From NCBI GenBank assembly GCA_963840555.1, contig CAWIZK010000003.1:11779-75778 (forward strand): a DNA stretch of 64,000 bases, read 5' to 3'. The stretch comes from an uncultured Acidobacteriaceae bacterium (GTDB lineage: Bacteria > Acidobacteriota > Terriglobia > Terriglobales > Acidobacteriaceae). The translations under genes were made by a program, and so were the position numbers. Below, piece after piece: positions 6,707-14,458 of the stretch; within the stretch, counting starts at the first letter, position 1, and each line of letters opens with the position of its first letter. The notes under the pieces were generated by a model. The model was not told the origin of the DNA and searched no databases. It was given only the letters and a program-made list of their open reading frames with translations.

Positions 6707-9652
6707 ATGACGAACCAAAGCGGAGGCCGGACCGACACGCCGTTAGGCAAGGAGGTATTTCTCCGCAGCCACGTTGTCGAGGTGGACGCAAAGCACCCGC
6801 CAGCCAGTTCTTACGCCGAACCCAAATGGCCCGAGTACGCGCTTGTCTTCGATACCGAGACAACACTGGACCCTAGAGAGCAAGCGCTGCTCTTTGGTTT
6901 CTATCGCGTTTGCCGATTACAGGGAGACAGTTATCAATGCGTCGAAGAAGGGGTTCTTTACCCTGACGACCTGTCACCTAAACACATGACGCTCATCAAG
7001 CGTTACGTCAGGAATTCCAAATCGGAGGTTGTAAGCAGCGACTACGACGAAAGCATCCACCTGTACAGCCGGTCGGAATTCGCGGAGAAGGTGTTTTTCA
7101 ACGCTGTCAGAACGCGATCATTAATTGTTGCGTTCAACGCCCCTTGGGACATTTCGCGGTTATCGATTGACTACAAAACTGCCCGTAACCGCGCATGGTC
7201 GCTTGTCCTAGCGCAGCGGGTTTCGCGGAAGACGGGGCAAGTGGAAGCCAATCCGGAACGCCCACGGGTTCGGGTCACGTCAAAGGACTCTAAATCCGCC
7301 TTCTTCAGCCTGAGCAAGCCAATAAGGCCTGACGAATGGCCAACGTACATGGTTGGATCCAAGAGTCGCCTGGTTTTTCGGGTCCTGGATCTGCGCACCC
7401 TGGGATGGGCCTTATTCAATGAGAGTTATTCCCTGAAGGCCATTTGCAAAGCCACGAAGACCAAAAACCAAAAGCTGGACCATGAGCCCACAGGTACCGT
7501 GAGAGTTGACGAACTGGACTATTGCCGACACGACGTGCGCTGCACCGTTGACGCCCTGAATTCGCTAAAAGAGGAATTCGACAGACACCCAATCGATCTG
7601 CATCCGGACAAGGCAGTTTCGCCCGCGAGTGTCGGTAAGGCATATCTCCGAGCAATGGGCATTACTGCCCCTAAGAAGAAGTTCGACGTGCCAGATGAAA
7701 TTTATGGAATCGCTTCGCAGGCATATTTTGGCGGTCGTTCCGAAATCCGAATCCGCAAAACTCCCGTTCCCGTCGTTCTAACGGACTTCTCCAGCCAATA
7801 CCCGACGATAAATTCGCTGCTCGGTAACCCTGAAGTATTGATCGCCGAAAGCGTTTCGTTTGAAGACGCAACCGATGAGGTTCAGAAATTCATATCAGGC
7901 ATCACGTTGGAGGATTGTTTTCAGCAAAACACCTGGAAACAAATGAAATTCTTCGCGCGCATCCGTCCCGACGGCGACGTTCTCCCGGTGCGTGCGGAGT
8001 ACAACGAGGACGGCGTTACAAAGAACATTGGCATAAATTACTTCACGTCGAGCGAGCCGGTCTGGATCAGTGGCCCGGATCTGATCGCTTCGAAATTGCT
8101 GTCTGGCAAAACTCCACGGATTGAAAAAGCATTTCGCATGGTGCCGCACGGCCGGCAAAAGGGCCTTAAGCCGACAAATCTTCGCGGAATGGTCGGAGTT
8201 GATCCACGAAAAGATGATCTTTTCCGGGCCATGGTCGAGCAAAAATCGGTGTACAAATCCTCCAATGAAGCACTCTCGTATTTTCTGAAGATTGCCGCAA
8301 ATTCAACAAGTTACGGAATGTTTTTGGAGTTGACGCCGCAGAAGAAATTCAACCCGGTCAAAGTAAAAGTATTTTCTGGCGAACACAGCCACGAGCAACC
8401 GGTTAGCACCATCGAAAAACCGGGTGAGTGGTATTTTCCGCCAATTGCAGGCCTGATTACGGGCGGAGCGCACTTGCTGTTGGCGATGATCGAGCGCTGC
8501 ATAACCGATAAAGGCGGTCACTACTTGTTTTGCGATACCGATTCAATGTGCATTGTGGCCTCGAAGAAAGGTGGTTGGGTTCAATGTCCGAACGAGCCTC
8601 GTATTAAAGCGCTTTCGTGGAAGGATGTCGAACAAATTTCCGCGCGATTTGAGTCGCTCAATTGCTACGACCGGACAAAAGTGCGCGGATCGATTTTGAA
8701 AATTGAAAAAGTGAATTTCGACACCGATAAAAATCAAATTGAATTGTTCGGATACGCCATTAGTGCGAAAAGATATGCCCTGTACCGCTACAAAAAGAAT
8801 GGTGACATTGAAATCGTTGACGCAAAGGCTCACGGACTGGGATACCTCTATCCGCCGAAGGATTCCGTCAACGGGGACGAGGCGGAAAACGATTGGGTTT
8901 TCGAAACGTGGCGTTGGCTGTTGGAAGGCGAAGTTACAAAACCGACGACCACTCCAACCTGGTTTTCCATTCCTGCAATGATGCAAATAACCGTAAGCAC
9001 GCCAGCGGTTCTCGGAAATCTGAAGGGGTTCACCAGGCCTTTTAATTTTATTCACGTTCCCCTACTTTTCCCGAGCTCCTATCCCACAGGTAAGACTCCG
9101 TCGAACTTCAGCCTCATGATGCCTTTTTCAACCCATCGCGACCGATGGCTTAGGGCAGAAGCAATCGAGGTTCATAGCGGAGAACAATACCCAATCACGC
9201 TGCTGGATCCCAAGCGACGCACAAAGAAAATCGAGGTCAAGTGCTACGGGAATGTGCTCGGTGCGTATCGCGAGCACCCAGAAGCCAAATTCCTTGGGCA
9301 CGACGGTAAGTCATGTGTCAGCGATACACGTGGGCTGTTAAGGCGAAGCCACATCATTGCGGATCGTCATCGCTACATCGGAAAGGAAACGTCGCGTCGA
9401 TGGGAACAAGGCGAAGACCTGAGCATGGTCGACTTCCGATGTGTGGAATACGCCCGCGGAAAAATGAGCGCCAGTGACGAAATCAGAAAACGAATGATTG
9501 AAATTGGGATTCGGGAGGTCGCCCGGCGCAGCGGGGTCAATAGGGAAACCGTGGCGCTTATCACAAGAGGTCAACCAGTCAAAGCCGTAACCCTCCGAAG
9601 AGTAGTGGGAGCGCTTTCGGAGTCGCGCTGGGCGCGCGATAGTGGACCCTAG
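6707..9652 (+). CDS. polB: family B DNA polymerase with 3'-5' exonuclease domain and C-terminal HTH
   Basis: 981 aa. Exo I ALVFDTETT, Exo II VAFNAPWDISRL, Exo III YCRHDVRCT. Pol motif A LTDFSSQYPT, motif B KIAANSTSYG, motif C LFCDTDS, KxY ISAKRYALY. C-terminal IGIREVARRSGVNRETVALITRG looks like an HTH. Confidence 0.85.
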   Translation: MTNQSGGRTDTPLGKEVFLRSHVVEVDAKHPPASSYAEPKWPEYALVFDTETTLDPREQALLFGFYRVCRLQGDSYQCVEEGVLYPDDLSPKHMTLIKRYVRNSKSEVVSSDYDESIHLYSRSEFAEKVFFNAVRTRSLIVAFNAPWDISRLSIDYKTARNRAWSLVLAQRVSRKTGQVEANPERPRVRVTSKDSKSAFFSLSKPIRPDEWPTYMVGSKSRLVFRVLDLRTLGWALFNESYSLKAICKATKTKNQKLDHEPTGTVRVDELDYCRHDVRCTVDALNSLKEEFDRHPIDLHPDKAVSPASVGKAYLRAMGITAPKKKFDVPDEIYGIASQAYFGGRSEIRIRKTPVPVVLTDFSSQYPTINSLLGNPEVLIAESVSFEDATDEVQKFISGITLEDCFQQNTWKQMKFFARIRPDGDVLPVRAEYNEDGVTKNIGINYFTSSEPVWISGPDLIASKLLSGKTPRIEKAFRMVPHGRQKGLKPTNLRGMVGVDPRKDDLFRAMVEQKSVYKSSNEALSYFLKIAANSTSYGMFLELTPQKKFNPVKVKVFSGEHSHEQPVSTIEKPGEWYFPPIAGLITGGAHLLLAMIERCITDKGGHYLFCDTDSMCIVASKKGGWVQCPNEPRIKALSWKDVEQISARFESLNCYDRTKVRGSILKIEKVNFDTDKNQIELFGYAISAKRYALYRYKKNGDIEIVDAKAHGLGYLYPPKDSVNGDEAENDWVFETWRWLLEGEVTKPTTTPTWFSIPAMMQITVSTPAVLGNLKGFTRPFNFIHVPLLFPSSYPTGKTPSNFSLMMPFSTHRDRWLRAEAIEVHSGEQYPITLLDPKRRTKKIEVKCYGNVLGAYREHPEAKFLGHDGKSCVSDTRGLLRRSHIIADRHRYIGKETSRRWEQGEDLSMVDFRCVEYARGKMSASDEIRKRMIEIGIREVARRSGVNRETVALITRGQPVKAVTLRRVVGALSESRWARDSGP

Positions 9653-9684
9653 CTCCATTCGGCGTTCCGTTTTGGGTACAGGTT

Positions 9685-10347
9685 ATGCAGGACGACAATT
9701 CCGATCAACCCATCGGAATTTTAGCTTGCTGGCAGAAGATTCGGTTATCATCACTCGCCATGAAAATTCTAGTTAGCGATTATGGGTCGGGCCTGCAAGT
9801 TTGGGCTGATTTTCGCCGTGACGGCCTCGCATTTATTTCTGAAGTCAAATCGGTATCTACGCTTCCAAAAGTGACCGCGACACTATTACTGCGTTGGAGC
9901 GAAGTATTTGTAATGTTCTTGGTAGTCGGAATTGCTGATATCGCGGTGGCGTATCGACACGCGATTATAGGTTCGTGGCTGATATCACACTGGGCTGTTC
10001 AAAATGCAACGAAAGCGGCGACAGCGATTGCCCTTCTCGCCTTCGCGCTCGGATTGCTATTGGCCCTATGGAAACGAAGGCAGTTATTCACATACAGCAT
10101 CTGGGAAGTCGTTTTTGGAGCTTTTTCGGCCTTTCAATTAGGGCTGCTTTTGTTCCCAGCAGTGGAGATGTCTAAACTTGTTGGACTCGCATCCGCGTTG
10201 TACGTGGTATCAAGGGGAGGAGGAAATCTGGCCGATGCACTTGAAAAGGAGACCGAAATAGAGCGTCTGAAACTGGAAATGGTCAGAGGTGCTCCTCGTG
10301 AACCGTGGCCACCATCAATTCTTCCAAGATCTGAATCCACAACCTGA
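9685..10347 (+). CDS. hypothetical integral membrane protein
   Basis: 220 aa with about 4 hydrophobic spans (VFVMFLVVGIADIAVAY, AIALLAFALGLLLALW, VVFGAFSAFQLGLLLF, LVGLASALYVV) and a charged coiled C-terminus. Start uncertain. Confidence 0.5.
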   Translation: MQDDNSDQPIGILACWQKIRLSSLAMKILVSDYGSGLQVWADFRRDGLAFISEVKSVSTLPKVTATLLLRWSEVFVMFLVVGIADIAVAYRHAIIGSWLISHWAVQNATKAATAIALLAFALGLLLALWKRRQLFTYSIWEVVFGAFSAFQLGLLLFPAVEMSKLVGLASALYVVSRGGGNLADALEKETEIERLKLEMVRGAPREPWPPSILPRSESTT

Positions 10348-10433
10348 TCGTACAGTTGCCGTTCGACCCGGTCCCGCTAGCTCCAGGAACCGCACGAGGA
10401 AACGTGATCGGCAGCCGTTCGAGCCGAGGACAC

Positions 10434-11648
10434 CTAACGTTTCTTAGCTGCTGTCTCCGGATATCCGGGCGCAAAGAATTGGAAGTGTGTGCAATAGTTG
10501 CAAACAAAAGGTACTAGCCGGATTGACCCAACTTGCCTATGAAGTTGGTCAAATCTCTGCACTTCCAAGGCTTCCGATCCGGCAATTAGTTGGGGTCGAT
10601 AAGTACCTTTTCCGCATATCTGGCAGCGTCGTGGTAGATCTAAAAGCTGTCCTCCTTGATGTATTAGCCCAAGAACTTCATCTATTACCAGCAATAGCTC
10701 GGTGGCGTTCTCTAAGCAACGCAATTGCTCTTCGACTACGCAACGGTCGAGAATTCTGTTGATAAAGGCCATCTCAACGCTATCTGGAAACAGGCGCTCC
10801 AGGTCATTCTCTGGCTTATGGTGATACTCCCTGAGCAGCTTTAGTCGGCCTGCGACCATACACCACAACAGTTTCCCAAGCATATAAACATCAAAATCTG
10901 GCTTAACATCGTCTAACCGTTCGGCGATCGGCGCCCACGGGGGCATGTAGTCACGAGGCCCCACCTTTTCCTGCGTCAGTGTTATGCGATCTCCGTCGTC
11001 TGGCGAGTAGACAATTCCAAAGTCGCCCAGAACGAATGCCTCTTCACCCTGAGGAAATACATTGGCAGGTTTGATGTCGCGGTGGACAATTCCGTCGCTG
11101 TGTAGAGAAGCGACAGCTTGCACCAGAGAACGGAACACCGTGAGGGCCGCTAATGCTCTCCCGCGGAATTGCGTAATTTGCTTCTCCAGCGAACCTTGCG
11201 GAAAGTATTCGGTTATGATCCATCGCTCGTCTTCATTCCATTCCAAAAGCCTCAGGAGACCGGACCTGCCTTGGTTCAGCACTTTGATCTCACGCTTGAA
11301 GCGAGAAACAGCCAAGTCACCAGCCCCTCCTGCCGGAATCTTGAATTGTTTCAAGGCACCGAGTTCCGAAGGGTCATCATCACGAGCCGATTTTCTTATG
11401 GCGCGGGCGAAGAGTAGTGCATGTTCACTTTGACTCGGAAAATTGACGGTTCCACGCCTGACTTGAAAATCCAAGATCTCCGAAACGCTCTTATCGATTT
11501 CCGCTTGGCGTATCGGACTCCGAACCAACCACACTTCACTTTGACCGCCGCTCCCAAGAGGGAGGCCAAGTCTTGTCCAGTTAGAGATGTTTTCCATGGT
11601 TGCAAGAAGTGTACGACAGTCGGGGGGGGCCAGCTTTTCGGCCTCCAA
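10434..11648 (-). CDS. Ser/Thr protein kinase with C-terminal Zn-ribbon
   Basis: G-loop LGSGGQSEVW, catalytic loop HRDIKPANVF, GDFG. C-terminal CQICGKGTYRP...CNYCTHF. The track start is a TTG at 11648; an alternative ATG is at 11597. Confidence 0.75.
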   Translation of the reverse strand: MEAEKLAPPDCRTLLATMENISNWTRLGLPLGSGGQSEVWLVRSPIRQAEIDKSVSEILDFQVRRGTVNFPSQSEHALLFARAIRKSARDDDPSELGALKQFKIPAGGAGDLAVSRFKREIKVLNQGRSGLLRLLEWNEDERWIITEYFPQGSLEKQITQFRGRALAALTVFRSLVQAVASLHSDGIVHRDIKPANVFPQGEEAFVLGDFGIVYSPDDGDRITLTQEKVGPRDYMPPWAPIAERLDDVKPDFDVYMLGKLLWCMVAGRLKLLREYHHKPENDLERLFPDSVEMAFINRILDRCVVEEQLRCLENATELLLVIDEVLGLIHQGGQLLDLPRRCQICGKGTYRPQLIAGSEALEVQRFDQLHRQVGSIRLVPFVCNYCTHFQFFAPGYPETAAKKR

Positions 11649-11934
11649 TAGCTAGGCTCCGGTATGCACGACTCCAGTTGTCCATACCAGAAATAAAATC
11701 AGCACCGCCCGTTTACGTCTCCCGCTCCCCCACGCCGGAGCTCCTCGCGCTAACTTGATGGGGACGCATGCCGGTCACGGTTCCGTTTTCCATCACGGTT
11801 CCTATCTCGAACCCACATACCTCGTACATTTACCGTGTAGTACCCAAAACCCAAGTGGCTGGATTTTCCCGCCCCTATAGCTATCCCCCGCATTCAGTTG
11901 ACCCGCCGTTGGGAGCGGCCTAACATTACCGCCA

Positions 11935-14367
11935 ATGGACGTAGCCGCCGACAGTTTGGTCGGGCAGACCGTGTCCCATTACCGAATACTTTCCAAGCTC
12001 GGTGGTGGGGGCATGGGTGCTGTCTACGAAGCGGAAGACACCCGCCTTGGCCGGCACGTCGCGCTCAAGTTTGTCCCGCCGGAAATGGTGCACGACCGGA
12101 AGGCGCTCGACCGGTTTTTCTGGGAGGCACGGGCGGCTTCGCAACTGAACCATCCGGGAATCTGCACCATCCACGACATTGAAGACGCCGATGGGCACCC
12201 CTTCATTGTTATGGAACGTCTGGAAGGCGTCAGCCTGAAAGAACGCATGATGGGCGGGCCGATGGAGCTGGACGACATCCTCGACGTCGGTATCCAGGTT
12301 TCGGACGCGCTGGCGGCTTGTCACGCCAAAGGCATCATTCATCGCGACATCAAGCCAGCGAACATCTTCCTCACCAATAGCGGTCAAGTGAAGGTGCTCG
12401 ACTTCGGCGTGGCCAAGCTCGCGCCCGGAGTTCGCAGCGACAACGCGCTGGACGATCCGCTGACCATGGCGGGCGATATTTTCGGCACGGCCGTGTACAT
12501 GTCGCCGGAGCAGGCCCGAGGTGAAGAACTGGATGCTCGCACCGACCTGTTTTCGATGGGAGTGGTGCTGTACCAGATGGCGACGGGCCAACGGCCCTTC
12601 ACAGGCACCAATGCGGTGACCACGATGTCGGCGATCATGACCCAGAAGCCGCTCTCGCCGCTCAAGCTGAACCCCAAGCTCCCTCCCGAACTTGAGGGCA
12701 TCATCGGTCGAGCGATGGAGAAAGACCGGGGCCAGCGCTATCCCGACGCCCTGGCCCTGAAGGGCGACTTGCAGTCGCTGAAGCGCGAAACCGAGCCGGG
12801 CATGACCGACACCGCACGCATGCGGCCGCTGCTGCCCTACCGGATTTCGAGCAGCACATTTCAGAGCACGAGCCGCAAGCCGCTCTACATTTTGCTGGGT
12901 GTGATCGCGCTGTTGATCACATTGCTGATTCCCATGGGCGCGTGGTTCTTCAAGCAGCGATCCAACGTACACGCGCGTACAAGCATCGCGGTGCTGCCAT
13001 TGCAAAATATGAATGGCGACGTCGGCGCCGATTTCCTGCGCTTCGCACTGGCCGACGAGTTGGCCAATGCCCTCACGAATACCCGCACCCTGGACGTGCG
13101 TCCGTTCATGATGTCGCGAAAGTACGTTGGCAACGACGTCGATCCGCGCCAGGCCGCTGCTGATCTTCGCGTGGGGACGATCGTAACTGGTCACTTCCTG
13201 CAGCAGGGCGACAACCTCATGGTCACGCTCGAAGCCATGGATGGCGCGAGCGAGAAGCTGGTATGGCAGGCGAATGTAACCGGACCGGCCACCGATCTGA
13301 TTGGGTTGCAAGCTGCGATGAACAACAAGGTCACGCAGGGACTGCTGCCCGCGATTGGCATGGCCGGAGCGCAATCGGAAGGGGGGACGCATCCACACGA
13401 TGCAGCGGCCTATGACCTCTACTTGCATAGCCTGGCGCTGTCGCGCGATCCAGGTCCGAACAAAGACGCCATCGCAGTACTGGAGCACGCCGTCTCCGCC
13501 GATCCCAACTATGCTCCCGCGTGGGAGGAGTTGGGTCTTCGCTATTACTACGATTCCAGCTATTCAACAGGCGGCGAAGAGATGTTCCAGAAATCGACGC
13601 AGGCGTTTGAGAGAGCGGTTTCGCTCGATCCTAACCGCATCGTCGCCGCCGGCCAGATCATTGTTAATCATGTAGAGCGTGGCGAGCTGGGCAAGGCGTA
13701 TGAATTCGCGCAGGCACTGGTGAAACGCGCGCCGAACAGCGCCCAGTCCCACTTTGTTATGGGCTACGTTTATCGCTATGCCGGCATGCTCGGGCCTGCC
13801 ATGCAGGAATGCGACAAGGCGCTCGCGCTCGACCCCGGCAATTACACGTTCCGCTCTTGTACATGGGCCTTCATGGAAATGGGCAACACCAAGAGGGCAG
13901 CGGACTTCATCAAGCTGGACAACGGTTCGGAATGGGCGGCATATGCTACGCCATCGCTGCTGCTGCGCGAAGGCAAGATCGATGAAGCCCGCGAGGCCGT
14001 TAAGAAAATGGACAGCACCGCACGTCATCAACGCGTTCTGCTCGAAGCTTGCCTGGGCGTGAGACCGTACTCTGAGGCTCAGCAGATGGCGCATGACGCT
14101 GAGACCACCACTCCTGCGTTGCCCGACGCCGAACTCATCTACTATGCGGGCGCGATCTATGCCGATTGCGGACTCAAGCCGGCCGCGATGGTGATGTTGC
14201 AGCACGCTATTGAGCAGAACTACTGCTCGTATTCCAACCTGCAAAATGATCCCATGCTGCGCAAGATCCGCGGCACGTCGGGATTCGACAAACTTCTGCA
14301 ATCCGCCAAGGATTGCCAGCAATCAAACCTGCCGGCCATGAATACGAACGATGTCCAGGCGCCGTAA
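11935..14367 (+). CDS. membrane Ser/Thr protein kinase with periplasmic TPR region
   Basis: 810 aa. GGGGMGAVYEA, HRDIKPANIF, DFG, one TM (LYILLGVIALLITLLIPMGAWFF), C-terminal TPR-like repeats. Confidence 0.85.
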   Translation: MDVAADSLVGQTVSHYRILSKLGGGGMGAVYEAEDTRLGRHVALKFVPPEMVHDRKALDRFFWEARAASQLNHPGICTIHDIEDADGHPFIVMERLEGVSLKERMMGGPMELDDILDVGIQVSDALAACHAKGIIHRDIKPANIFLTNSGQVKVLDFGVAKLAPGVRSDNALDDPLTMAGDIFGTAVYMSPEQARGEELDARTDLFSMGVVLYQMATGQRPFTGTNAVTTMSAIMTQKPLSPLKLNPKLPPELEGIIGRAMEKDRGQRYPDALALKGDLQSLKRETEPGMTDTARMRPLLPYRISSSTFQSTSRKPLYILLGVIALLITLLIPMGAWFFKQRSNVHARTSIAVLPLQNMNGDVGADFLRFALADELANALTNTRTLDVRPFMMSRKYVGNDVDPRQAAADLRVGTIVTGHFLQQGDNLMVTLEAMDGASEKLVWQANVTGPATDLIGLQAAMNNKVTQGLLPAIGMAGAQSEGGTHPHDAAAYDLYLHSLALSRDPGPNKDAIAVLEHAVSADPNYAPAWEELGLRYYYDSSYSTGGEEMFQKSTQAFERAVSLDPNRIVAAGQIIVNHVERGELGKAYEFAQALVKRAPNSAQSHFVMGYVYRYAGMLGPAMQECDKALALDPGNYTFRSCTWAFMEMGNTKRAADFIKLDNGSEWAAYATPSLLLREGKIDEAREAVKKMDSTARHQRVLLEACLGVRPYSEAQQMAHDAETTTPALPDAELIYYAGAIYADCGLKPAAMVMLQHAIEQNYCSYSNLQNDPMLRKIRGTSGFDKLLQSAKDCQQSNLPAMNTNDVQAP

Positions 14368-14458
14368 CAGGTTTTCCATTGCAGTCGGACGCGGCTGCGG
14401 TATACTGCGGCGACCTCATGCCAGAGCTCAGCTATGCTCGCGGGATTTCGGTCCCGCT

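Larger units (their letters stand above)
2233..10426. mobile_element. casposon-like element (Cas1 + family B DNA polymerase module); boundaries tentative
   Basis: Stand-alone cas1, polB, HNH-like and HTH/RHH genes in an AT-richer block. Provisional ends are placed at a gapped inverted match: 2233-2248 ccggctgaacggtgcc versus 10410-10426 ggcagccgttcgagccg. No target-site duplication found. Confidence 0.4.

Noticed and set aside
11649-11934. Possible tRNA or tmRNA integration target at the island edge
   Set aside because: I see no cloverleaf-compatible sequence or T-loop (GGTTCGAATCC-like) motif here or elsewhere in the window. The only 'ggttcgaa' (57-64) lies inside a coding region.
1-12000. 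Search for a CRISPR array, cas2 or other cas genes accompanying cas1
   Set aside because: No regularly spaced 25-40-nt direct repeats are visible, and no small Cas2-like ORF sits adjacent to cas1. The only repeats are the 50-bp pair at 1368/2206, tandem terminators and short operators. An array beyond the left edge cannot be excluded.
11926-13488. 520-aa minus-strand ORF
   Set aside because: It lies entirely antisense to the well-supported Ser/Thr kinase gene. The product is Arg/His/Gly/Gln-rich low complexity with no recognisable motif, typical of a shadow ORF in GC-rich DNA.
14351-14458. 5' extension of the acyl-CoA synthetase ORF (track start 14351)
   Set aside because: It overlaps the 3' end of the kinase gene and encodes an Arg-rich, non-conserved peptide. 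The conserved ligase sequence begins only around 14459.
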